A model generated the notes under the pieces. It was not told the origin of the DNA, did not search any database, and was given only the letters and a program-made list of their open reading frames with translations. From assembly GCA_050173015.1 (NCBI GenBank), contig JBFXLE010000006.1:64001-128000 (forward strand): a stretch of DNA of 64,000 nucleotides. Direction: 5' to 3'. The position numbers and the translations under genes are program-made. This document shows, one piece after another, positions 9,039 through 17,337 of the stretch (within the stretch, counting starts at the first letter, position 1; each line of letters begins with the position of its first letter). This stretch comes from Calditrichaceae bacterium (GTDB taxonomy: Bacteria > Calditrichota > Calditrichia > Calditrichales > JBFXGD01).

Positions 9039-9647
9039 ATGATTAAAATCAAGGATCCGAAGTTTGAGATTAAAGAAGTAAAACACGAAGAAGCGCTCGA
9101 CCATGCGGTTGAACATATTGCCGAAAGGCCTGATATTGTTGAAGCCAAGGTTTATAAACTTCGAAGCGGCTTTGTAAAACAGGGTGTTTACATCACACTC
9201 GGTTATATTACTCAGAATGGACGTAAACGGCCCATCGAAATTTTTATAAACAGCAAGGATTTGACTAAGAACGCTGAATATGCTGTTTTAACGCGTCTGA
9301 TCTCCGCCATTTTCCGAAAATCAGCCAATCCTGTTTTTATATTGGAAGAGCTCAGCAGCATCCATGATCCCAACGGCGGGTACTATAAGAATGGTAAATA
9401 CATTCATTCCTTCTATTCTGAAATCGCGGATGTCATAGAACAGTTTTTCAAAGAAATCGATTGCATGGACACTGAAGCAAAAGTAGCATTGGATCCAAAG
9501 GTCGAAGAAGTACTTGCTTCGGCCCGGCCTCCCGCGAATACGGATTTTCAAATCTGTCCGGACTGCAGCCAGAGAAGCGTTAAGATGGAAAACGGGTGTT
9601 TAACATGTGTAAATCCTGAATGCGCATACAGTAAGTGTGACAAGTAA
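9039..9647 (+). CDS. NrdJb: TSCPD-like domain with Cys-rich C-terminus (second chain of split class II RNR)
   Basis: YITL...RPIEIFINSK...TRLISAIFR TSCPD-like pattern; ends CPDC-x10-CLTC-x4-CAYSKC; RBS AGGAG, 21 bp after nrdJ. Confidence 0.85.
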   Translation: MIKIKDPKFEIKEVKHEEALDHAVEHIAERPDIVEAKVYKLRSGFVKQGVYITLGYITQNGRKRPIEIFINSKDLTKNAEYAVLTRLISAIFRKSANPVFILEELSSIHDPNGGYYKNGKYIHSFYSEIADVIEQFFKEIDCMDTEAKVALDPKVEEVLASARPPANTDFQICPDCSQRSVKMENGCLTCVNPECAYSKCDK

Positions 9648-9668
9648 ATTTTTTTGATTGCCCAGTTT

Positions 9669-9709
9669 ATAAGCCCTGTTTGATTTCGTCAACAGGGCTT
9701 TTATTTTTA
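9669..9709 (+). terminator. Rho-independent terminator after nrdJb
   Basis: AAGCCCTGTT(9671-9680)/AACAGGGCTT(9691-9700) stem followed by TTATTTTT. Confidence 0.85.
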
Positions 9710-9728
9710 TAAAAAAGCGGTCCGGAAC

Positions 9729-10514
9729 ATGGAAAAAATTATTAGTCTCGAAAATATAGGATTTTCATTTAACGGGAAACCGGTGGTTAAGGAGGCGAAT
9801 TTTTCCATCGCTTACGGAGAATTTGTCGGAATTATCGGCCCGAACGGGGCCGGAAAAACGACGCTGTTAAAGCTGATGGCCGGATTGCTCGCGCCCGATG
9901 AAGGACGGATTGAACTTGCAGGGAAAAATATCAGTGAGTTCAGCCGGAAAAAAATCGCGGGAATCTTAGGATATGTGCCGCAATCGGTTGATCTTGCCTT
10001 TTCATTTTCGGTGCGGGAAGTCGTTATGATGGGACGTTTTCCGCATCAGCATGGTCTGCTGCATATCGATACAGACGCCGGTGATAAAATTAATTCAGCC
10101 ATGAGCTGGATGAACCTGCAGATGCTCGCGGATCGACCGTTTACAAATCTGAGCGGCGGGGAGAAACAGCGCGCCATCATAGCAAGTGTTTTGGCTCAGG
10201 AAGCGGAGTTGCTTTTGCTGGATGAACCTACATCCGCCCTCGATCTGAAACATCAGCAGGGAATTTACCGGATCTTAAAAAGATTAGGTGAAGAAGATCA
10301 TAAAGCAATCGTGCTTGTCACTCATGATATAAATCTGGCAGCCCAGTTTTGTGATCGCTTAATTCTTATGCATAACGGATGTATTCTAAAAGACGGCAAG
10401 CCCGAGGATGTCCTAAAGTTTCCAATTATACAGGATGTTTACGGAGTCAAGGTGTATATTGATATCAATCCATTCACAAATTCAATATATATCCTGCCGT
10501 ATGAAACTATATGA
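9729..10514 (+). CDS. ABC ATPase of the cobalamin/iron-chelate family (BtuD/FepC/HmuV-like)
   Basis: Walker A GPNGAGKT, LSGGEKQR, LLLDEPT, VTHDINLAAQFCD. Confidence 0.9.
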   Translation: MEKIISLENIGFSFNGKPVVKEANFSIAYGEFVGIIGPNGAGKTTLLKLMAGLLAPDEGRIELAGKNISEFSRKKIAGILGYVPQSVDLAFSFSVREVVMMGRFPHQHGLLHIDTDAGDKINSAMSWMNLQMLADRPFTNLSGGEKQRAIIASVLAQEAELLLLDEPTSALDLKHQQGIYRILKRLGEEDHKAIVLVTHDINLAAQFCDRLILMHNGCILKDGKPEDVLKFPIIQDVYGVKVYIDINPFTNSIYILPYETI

Positions 10515-10613
10515 TATAAAATGAATTATAAGATTGAATACATAATTTGAAGCGGCCCGATTGTTTTAATATATTAGCCAACATTAGCCGGTAATATCCG
10601 TTATTAGTATTTG

Positions 10614-10640
10614 TGTATCTTAAACGGAAATATTACATCA
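10614..10640 (+). promoter_or_regulatory. Putative ECF-sigma promoter (autoregulatory)
   Basis: TGTATC(10614-10619)-N16-CATCA(10636-10640); the same motif and spacing recur before trxA. Confidence 0.65.
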
Positions 10641-10659
10641 GAGGAAAGAGAGACAGTTC

Positions 10660-11238
10660 GTGGATGAATCATTACTTGTTGAACAAGCGAAAAGTGGAGA
10701 TAAAGCCGCGTTATCGCAGTTAGTTCATCTGTATAGTGAACGTATATATAATCTTTCGTTGCGTATATTGCGCAAACGCGAAGATGCCGAAGATGTATTG
10801 CAGGAGACATTTTTAACGGTAATTGAAAAGCTGCATACATTTGATGGCCGGTCAAGCTTTTTTACCTGGATTTACAGGATTGCCACAAATGCCAGTCTAA
10901 TGAGATTGAGAAAAAAGAAGGTGGTTTTTCAGGAGCTAAATGAGAACCCGGAATACAACGAGAGCGTCGAAAGCCGATTATTTATTGACTGGTCACAGGA
11001 TCCGTCAATTAATATTTATGATGCCGAGGTTAAATCTAAGCTTGATGAAGCGATTAACAAGCTTTCGGATATTTACAGAAGCGTGTTTATATTAAGGGAT
11101 ATTGAAGGTCTTTCTATTAAAGAAACCAGCGCCATTCTCAGTATCACGGAAGAAAATGTAAAAATCAGGCTGCGGCGCGCGCGGCAATTTTTAAGAGATT
11201 CATTGTCGGATTATTTCGAGGAAAGGGTAATTAAATAA
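10660..11238 (+). CDS. ECF RNA polymerase sigma factor
   Basis: GTG start; region 2 DAEDVLQETFL...FDGRSSFFTWIYRIATN; region 4 YRSVFILRDIEGLSIKET...VKIRLRRAR. Confidence 0.95.
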   Translation: MDESLLVEQAKSGDKAALSQLVHLYSERIYNLSLRILRKREDAEDVLQETFLTVIEKLHTFDGRSSFFTWIYRIATNASLMRLRKKKVVFQELNENPEYNESVESRLFIDWSQDPSINIYDAEVKSKLDEAINKLSDIYRSVFILRDIEGLSIKETSAILSITEENVKIRLRRARQFLRDSLSDYFEERVIK

Positions 11239-11239
11239 G

Positions 11240-11497
11240 ATGTTACATGAACATAGTGAAGAAAAAATAAAACTAATATGCGAATATCTCTCGGAAGATA
11301 TTGACGCGCTGGCATGTCAGGAAATGATGGAACATTTAAAGAATTGCCCGACATGTAAAGTCTACTTTGATACAGTGCGGAAGACTGTAATCTTGTGCAA
11401 GGAAAACGACTGCCCCGAAAAACTTCCTGAAGAGGTGAGTAATCGCTTATTGAAAGTTCTGGACCTGGAAAATATTAAGTGGAAGCCGGCCAAGTGA
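11240..11497 (+). CDS. Soluble zinc-binding anti-sigma factor (ZAS, zf-HC2)
   Basis: HLKNCPTC (HxxxCxxC) plus four more Cys; no TM segment; 1 bp after the sigma stop codon. Confidence 0.85.
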   Translation: MLHEHSEEKIKLICEYLSEDIDALACQEMMEHLKNCPTCKVYFDTVRKTVILCKENDCPEKLPEEVSNRLLKVLDLENIKWKPAK

Positions 11498-11614
11498 TTT
11501 CGGGCTTAATCCCAATTTAACATCATCTCCTGCACGGTATATTTAAAAGTTTTAACACCCGTAAATGTTGTGTTCTTCGGATTTTCCCGCCTGTATTGTA
11601 GCAACAACCCTTAA

Positions 11615-11641
11615 TGTATCCTTTTAATTAATAACGCATCA
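11615..11641 (+). promoter_or_regulatory. Putative ECF-sigma promoter of the trxA cluster
   Basis: TGTATC(11615-11620)-N16-CATCA(11637-11641). Confidence 0.65.
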
Positions 11642-11686
11642 AATTCAACAAATTAAAAAAATATAAAACTTTGCAGAGGGTAAAAA

Positions 11687-12028
11687 ATGAAACCTGTCAC
11701 AGTAACTGATGCCACTTTCCAGAAAGAAGTAATAGAATCAACTTTACCCGTCATTGTTGATTTTTGGGCGCCATGGTGTGCTCCATGCAGAATGATCGCT
11801 CCAATTTTGGAAGAGATAGCTGCTGAATATGAAGGAAAAGTAAAGGTGGTAAAATTGAATACGGATGACAATGCCGGGACAGCCATGAAATTTGGCATCA
11901 TGAGCATTCCAACCATGATCGTTTTTAGGAATGGCGAAGCCCTGGATAAAATTATCGGTGCTGTGCCCAAAAAGCAAATAACTGATAAATTGAATTACTA
12001 TCTACAGGGTGCTTCCGTTCTGAATTAG
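11687..12028 (+). CDS. trxA: Thioredoxin
   Basis: VDFWAPWCAPCRM active site; SIPT cis-Pro loop. Confidence 0.95.
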   Translation: MKPVTVTDATFQKEVIESTLPVIVDFWAPWCAPCRMIAPILEEIAAEYEGKVKVVKLNTDDNAGTAMKFGIMSIPTMIVFRNGEALDKIIGAVPKKQITDKLNYYLQGASVLN

Positions 12029-12042
12029 AAAGGAGATACAAA

Positions 12043-12690
12043 ATGAGTTTTTTACAGGAAAAAGATAAGGATTACATTCGTAATCTCTTTTCAGGGATGA
12101 AAAATGAAGTTAAGCTGCTCTTCTTTACACAGGAAATCGAATGTCAGTACTGTAGGGAAACAAGACAGATTCTTGAGGAAGTCAGTGAATTGGGTGATAA
12201 GGTAACCCTTTCGGTGTATAATTTTGTCACTGACAAGGAAGTCGCGGAGAAATACAATATTGATAAAATTCCCGCCACCGTTGTTGAGGGCGAACGGGAC
12301 TTTGGAATCAGGTATTACGGGATTCCTTCCGGGTATGAATTTTCTTCATTGCTGGAAGATATTACAGATGTCTCAAAGGGTGAGTCCGGATTGTCTGCTC
12401 AGGCAAAGGAGCTGCTGAAACAGGTTACCGCTCCGCTTCATCTGCAGGTGTTTGTAACACCGACTTGTCCATATTGCCCGGCTGCTGTTCGAATGGCGCA
12501 TAAAATGGCCATGGAAAATGAATTTATCACCGGTGATATGATTGAGGCGACAGAGTTTCCGCATCTTTCTATGAAATATAATGTACGAGGGGTGCCGAGA
12601 ACAATAATTGGAGAAGATACTCCGATAGAGGGAGCGTTGCCCGAGATGGCATTTGTGGAAAAAGTAGTTAATACCTTCAAAAACGCCTAA
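12043..12690 (+). CDS. Protein disulfide oxidoreductase (PDO; two thioredoxin units, AhpF N-terminal-like)
   Basis: CQYC and CPYC active sites; YYGIPSGYEFSSL; GVP. Confidence 0.88.
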   Translation: MSFLQEKDKDYIRNLFSGMKNEVKLLFFTQEIECQYCRETRQILEEVSELGDKVTLSVYNFVTDKEVAEKYNIDKIPATVVEGERDFGIRYYGIPSGYEFSSLLEDITDVSKGESGLSAQAKELLKQVTAPLHLQVFVTPTCPYCPAAVRMAHKMAMENEFITGDMIEATEFPHLSMKYNVRGVPRTIIGEDTPIEGALPEMAFVEKVVNTFKNA

Positions 12691-12705
12691 CAAAAAGGAT
12701 CAATT

Positions 12706-13263
12706 ATGGCGAATCAAACCAGTAAAAATATTTGGCTTCTATTAATCGGCGCGGCGGCAGTATTAATTGTCCTCGGCTATATGTTCCTGCCGGATCAGAA
12801 TGTGAATCCGACATCTGCAAAAGCGTCAGTTCAGGTGAAAAATGAAAGTAATCACCCGGTCGCGCCCGTGTTTACTTTAAAAGATCTGAACGGCAATGAT
12901 TTGACGTTGAGTGATTACCGCGGTAAAGTTGTATTCGTAAATTTTTGGGCAACCTGGTGTCCTCCCTGTCGAGCTGAAATACCTTCATTCATTGAGCTTG
13001 TTGATAAATATGGAAAAGATGGGTTTGAAGTGATCGGTATTGGGGTGGATCCACGCGATTTTTCGAAAGTACCCGGATTTGTGGAACAGTATAATATCAA
13101 TTATCCGGTGGTGTACGCCACCGGTGAAGTCGTTACCGCCTATGGTGGAATTGAAAGCATCCCGACCACATTTGTTGTTGACAGAAACGGGCGGGTGGTG
13201 GAAAAAATAGTTGGATCCCGATCTAAGAGTACCTTCGAGAGTATTGTGACCGGTCTGTTGTAA
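12706..13263 (+). CDS. TlpA/ResA-family membrane-anchored thiol-disulfide reductase
   Basis: N-terminal TM helix; LSDYRGKVVFVNFWATWCPPCRAEIP; SIPTTFVVD. Confidence 0.9.
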   Translation: MANQTSKNIWLLLIGAAAVLIVLGYMFLPDQNVNPTSAKASVQVKNESNHPVAPVFTLKDLNGNDLTLSDYRGKVVFVNFWATWCPPCRAEIPSFIELVDKYGKDGFEVIGIGVDPRDFSKVPGFVEQYNINYPVVYATGEVVTAYGGIESIPTTFVVDRNGRVVEKIVGSRSKSTFESIVTGLL

Positions 13264-13281
13264 CAATTATTTCGGAAAAAT

Positions 13282-13319
13282 AAACAAAAGGCGCGCTTTA
13301 AACGCGCCTTTTCTGTTTT
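13282..13319. terminator. Bidirectional intrinsic terminator between the tlpA-like gene and mmdB
   Basis: AAAAGGCGCG(13286-13295)/CGCGCCTTTT(13303-13312) stem, flanked by A and T tracts, between convergent genes. Confidence 0.85.
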
Positions 13320-13325
13320 GTGATC

Positions 13326-14453
13326 TTACTTCACCAGAATGGACCACAGGATGCCGGCTCCGATAGCTGAACCGATCACCCCGGCCACATTTGGAGCCAT
13401 GGCGTGCATGAGCAGATAATTTCCGGGATCTTCTTTTTGTCCTTCAGTATGGACAACCCTCGCGGAATCGGGAACCGCGGAAACCCCGGCAGCTCCGATC
13501 ATCGGATTTATTTTATCTTTCAGAAATAGATTCATGAATTTTGCGAATAAAACGCCTCCCGCAGTCGCAATCACAAACGAAAATGCGCCAAGCACAAAAA
13601 TTCCCAGTGATTTAGGGGTTAAAAATATATCCGCCTGTGTGGATGCTCCCACGGTCAAGCCCAGAAGTATAGTAACGATATCGATTAGAGCGTTCCTCGC
13701 TGAATTTGCCAGCCTCTCCGTTACACCGCTCTCTTTCAGCAAGTTGCCAAAAAACAGCATACCGAGAAGAGTACTTGATCCGGGGGCAATCATTCCGCAG
13801 ATGATAAAACCGATTACCGGAAAGATGATCTTTACTTTTTTTGACACCTGTCGGGGCGGCTTCATGCGGATAAGACGTTCACTTTTTGTGGTAAGCAGTT
13901 TTATAATAGGCGGTTGAATGACGGGTACAAGGGCCATGTATGAATAGGCCGCGATCGCGATGGCGCCGATAAGATGAGGCGCCAGTTTCGAAGATAAAAA
14001 TATTGCCGTCGGACCATCAGCTCCGCCGATAATTCCAATGGCTCCGGCCTCCGTCGGCGAAAATCCGAGCGCGAGCGCGCCGATCAATGTCAGGAAAATT
14101 CCGATTTGAGCAGCAGCTCCCAGCAGTATAAGTTTTGGATTTGACAACATGGTAGAAAAATCAGTCATCGCTCCGATGCCGAGAAAGATGAGAGGCGGAT
14201 ATATCCCTTTAAGCACACCGTAGTAGAGGTAGCTCAAAACGCTGCCTTCTTCATAAATACTGATCTGCATCCCAAACAAGGCGGGAATATTGCCAAAAAT
14301 GATGCCAAAACCGATGGGAACAAGGAGCAAAGGTTCATAATGCTTTGCAATACCCAGGTAAATAAAAAGACTTCCAATACATAACATTACCGTATGACCG
14401 AATGTCAGATTGACAAATCCGGTGGTATTGATAAAGTTGAGAATTTCTGTCAT
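13326..14453 (-). CDS. mmdB: Na+-translocating decarboxylase beta subunit (OadB/MmdB)
   Basis: YEPLLLVPIGFG, FLGIGAMTDF, IGIIGGADGPTAI and GVSAVP motifs. Confidence 0.93.
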   Translation of the reverse strand: MTEILNFINTTGFVNLTFGHTVMLCIGSLFIYLGIAKHYEPLLLVPIGFGIIFGNIPALFGMQISIYEEGSVLSYLYYGVLKGIYPPLIFLGIGAMTDFSTMLSNPKLILLGAAAQIGIFLTLIGALALGFSPTEAGAIGIIGGADGPTAIFLSSKLAPHLIGAIAIAAYSYMALVPVIQPPIIKLLTTKSERLIRMKPPRQVSKKVKIIFPVIGFIICGMIAPGSSTLLGMLFFGNLLKESGVTERLANSARNALIDIVTILLGLTVGASTQADIFLTPKSLGIFVLGAFSFVIATAGGVLFAKFMNLFLKDKINPMIGAAGVSAVPDSARVVHTEGQKEDPGNYLLMHAMAPNVAGVIGSAIGAGILWSILVK

Positions 14454-14929
14454 CCGGCCTCTCCCAATATGACCAGTTCCGCGCCTTCAAGAACGGAATC
14501 CGATTCCTTAACAAGGATTTTTTTTACAAAACCGGAACTGGTTGCTTTTATTTCATTTTCCATTTTCATCGCTTCCATCTTGATGACAATCTGGCCGGCT
14601 TCAATTTTTTGACCTTCCTCCGCCAGAATTTTCAGGATGGTCCCCGGAATGGGGGCGACAATCGATATTACCCCTTTCGCGCCCGCGTGTGATTTAGAAG
14701 CCTGTGCCGGAGAAGATATATGCATGCTAGGCGGCTCAATGTAAGGAGACGCGGCCGCGCTTTTCTTTATGGGATTTATCATCAGCGGTGGCGTGGAGAT
14801 TGATGAAATCGCATCAATTTGAACATCATACCGGTTGCCGTTTACCACAACATCCGCCCGTTCTTCAGTAATGTTTTTGATGGATACTTTATAGGGATTA
14901 CCATTTATTGTAAATTCATAACTACGCAT
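14450..14929 (-). CDS. mmdC: Biotin carrier subunit (MmdC)
   Basis: EAMKMENEI biotinylation motif; Ala/Pro/Ser-rich linker. Confidence 0.9.
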   Translation of the reverse strand: MRSYEFTINGNPYKVSIKNITEERADVVVNGNRYDVQIDAISSISTPPLMINPIKKSAAASPYIEPPSMHISSPAQASKSHAGAKGVISIVAPIPGTILKILAEEGQKIEAGQIVIKMEAMKMENEIKATSSGFVKKILVKESDSVLEGAELVILGEAG

Positions 14930-15350
14930 TGGTTTGTCCTTTCACGGTAGAAATATTCGATCGCTGTGTCAATGCCTGAACGATACCGGACACACTCCAC
15001 GGTGATTGTTCATACGAATCATCTTCCCATGTCAATCGCTGCTTTTCACCTTCAATATATGAATGGCATAATGAAATGGCGGTTGTAATGGCAATGATAA
15101 CCTCCTCGGGAAGGGGATTGTTTTCTTCATTGCTCAGCGGTGTGATTTCAGATGATTCATTTTCGTCAACACCGATAGTTTTTGAATCTAATTTCGTCAG
15201 TAATTTAATGCTCAGACTTATCAGGAGAAGACCGGAGAAAACGATGGACATTCCGATGACTGATATTAGAAAACCGTTACCTTTCATAATGTTCTGAATC
15301 CATTCGCCCGAGCCGGCGGATAAAAGAACTATTTTTAAACTAAAAGACAT
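14922..15350 (-). CDS. mmdD: OadG/MmdD-family membrane subunit
   Basis: IGMSIVFSGL TM helix; EEVIIAITTAI; SPW C-terminal motif; operon position. Confidence 0.8.
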   Translation of the reverse strand: MSFSLKIVLLSAGSGEWIQNIMKGNGFLISVIGMSIVFSGLLLISLSIKLLTKLDSKTIGVDENESSEITPLSNEENNPLPEEVIIAITTAISLCHSYIEGEKQRLTWEDDSYEQSPWSVSGIVQALTQRSNISTVKGQTNA

Positions 15351-15364
15351 TGTCTTTTCACTCC

Positions 15365-16915
15365 TTATAGAGGGATGTTTCCGTGCTTTTTCATAGGCAT
15401 TGTTTCGCGTTTGTTTTTCAGCATCTCCAATGCCTTGATGATCCTGAAGCGGGTTCGTCTGGGTTCAATGATATCATCAATATACCCCCGGCTGGCCGCG
15501 ACGTAGGGATTGGCAAATTTATCAAAATACTCCTGTTCTTTCTCTTTTAATAGCCCTTCAGGATCGTCTGATTCCGTAATCTCTTTGGCCGACAGGATTT
15601 CGACGGCTCCTTTGGGGCCCATAACAGCAATCTCGGCGCCGGGCCAGGCGTAGTTGATATCACCACGAAGGTGTTTGGAGCTCATGACACAATACGCGCC
15701 CCCATAGGCTTTACGTGTGATCACTGTGATCTTTGGAACGGTAGCTTCGGCGAAAGCGTAGAGAAGTTTTGCGCCGTTTCTGATGATGCCGTTGTACTCC
15801 TGATTGGTACCCGGTAAAAATCCCGGCACGTCCACAAAAGTGATGATTGGGATATTGAAAGCATCACAAAAGCGTACAAACCGCGCTCCTTTTATGGATG
15901 AGTTATTATCAAGAACGCCGGCGAGATAGTTTGGCTGATTGGCAACAATACCAACAGAATGGCCGTTATAGGAGGCGAAACCAATCACCAGATTCGGTGC
16001 AAAGTCTTCTTGCAGTTCCAGGAAGGAATGATCGTCAACGGTGCGGAAAATGACATCCTTGATGTTGTATGGAAGGTTCGGATTTTCAGGAACAATATAA
16101 TTTAATTCGTCCTCAAAGCGATCCACAGAATCGGTTGTAGGGATCGGGTGAGGGTTTTCCATGTTGTTTTGCGGGATGTATTTAATCAGTGTTTTTATAA
16201 ACTGGATCGTATCCTCTTCTGTATCCAGCGCGATGCTTGCCACGCCGCTTTTGGTTGTATGGATCGAAGCGCCGCCCAGCTGTTCAACCGTGACATCCTC
16301 ATTAGTTACCGTTTTTACAACTTTGGGACCGGTAAGAAACATATAGCTGTTATTTTTAACCATGGCGACAAAATCGGTAAGCGCCGGTGAATAAACCGCG
16401 CCTCCCGCGCATGGACCAAAAATCCCTGTGATTTGCGGAACTACACCCGAGGCCATGACATTTCGCAGAAAAATATCAGCGTATCCGGCGAGACTTTCAA
16501 TGCCCTCCTGGATTCGAGCGCCGCCGGAATCGTTTAATCCTATCACCGGAGCGCCGTTTTTCATCGCCAGATCCATAATTTTACAGATTTTTTCCGCGTA
16601 GGTTTCTGATAGTGAACCGCCGAAAACGGTGAAATCCTGTGAGAATACGTATATCAGTCTGCCGTTTACCGTGCCGTACCCGGTGATGACTCCATCGCCG
16701 TCTATTAATTTTTTATGCAGACCAAAATCATGAGAGCGGTGAGTTTTAAACATATCGAACTCTTCAAAGCTTCCGTCGTCAAGAAGTCTATGAATTCTCT
16801 CCCTTGCAGTCATGCGCCCTTTGGCATGCTGTTTTTCTATGGCTTTTAACCCGCCGCCCAATCGCGCGTTGTCACGCCGTTTCTGCAGATAAGCCAGTTT
16901 TTCATCTATAGTCAT
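15365..16915 (-). CDS. mmdA: Acyl-CoA carboxyltransferase; methylmalonyl-CoA decarboxylase alpha subunit
   Basis: [61 protein letters not shown] and KKHGNIPL motifs. Confidence 0.9.
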   Translation of the reverse strand: MTIDEKLAYLQKRRDNARLGGGLKAIEKQHAKGRMTARERIHRLLDDGSFEEFDMFKTHRSHDFGLHKKLIDGDGVITGYGTVNGRLIYVFSQDFTVFGGSLSETYAEKICKIMDLAMKNGAPVIGLNDSGGARIQEGIESLAGYADIFLRNVMASGVVPQITGIFGPCAGGAVYSPALTDFVAMVKNNSYMFLTGPKVVKTVTNEDVTVEQLGGASIHTTKSGVASIALDTEEDTIQFIKTLIKYIPQNNMENPHPIPTTDSVDRFEDELNYIVPENPNLPYNIKDVIFRTVDDHSFLELQEDFAPNLVIGFASYNGHSVGIVANQPNYLAGVLDNNSSIKGARFVRFCDAFNIPIITFVDVPGFLPGTNQEYNGIIRNGAKLLYAFAEATVPKITVITRKAYGGAYCVMSSKHLRGDINYAWPGAEIAVMGPKGAVEILSAKEITESDDPEGLLKEKEQEYFDKFANPYVAASRGYIDDIIEPRRTRFRIIKALEMLKNKRETMPMKKHGNIPL

Positions 16916-17011
16916 GTAAATCTCCGCAATAATATAAAATTAAACCAATGAAATATTATGCATTTTTGTGAAATTTAAATACATTAAATATAGCAACTTA
17001 AGTCAATTTAA

Positions 17012-17082
17012 TTGTGAACAATTTAACAAATAATATCGGCAAAAAGCAATGAAAGATTAATATATTGCTAAAAATTTCACAT
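17012..17082. promoter_or_regulatory. Two candidate Rex operators upstream of the mmdA operon
   Basis: TTGTGAA-CAAT-TTAACAA (17012-17029, 1 mismatch) and TTGCTAA-AAAT-TTCACAT (17065-17082, 3 mismatches). Confidence 0.55.
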
Positions 17083-17337
17083 TAAGTTTAATTTTAAAGA
17101 TTTTTTATACAGAATGAGAAAAATATTCTATGGCAGCAATTATATTTAAAAGGATCCGGTTTAAGAATATGTGACTAAAATATGATTAGAGGGGATCGAA
17201 ATAATTTTGGAATTGAAATGGAAAATCCTTAATTTCTTTTACTTTTTTAGCGGGTTATATCTGATATTAATTTATTTTTCCTTCCGCTGATTTTTTTCAA
17301 TATTCGGTTTAGATTTTAGTTTCCGGAGACCAGTAGT

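Noticed and set aside
15365-16915. Glutaconyl-CoA decarboxylase linked to gcdH
   Set aside because: The alpha subunit length (516 aa) and motifs fit the MmdA/PccB type, and gcdH is 36 kb away
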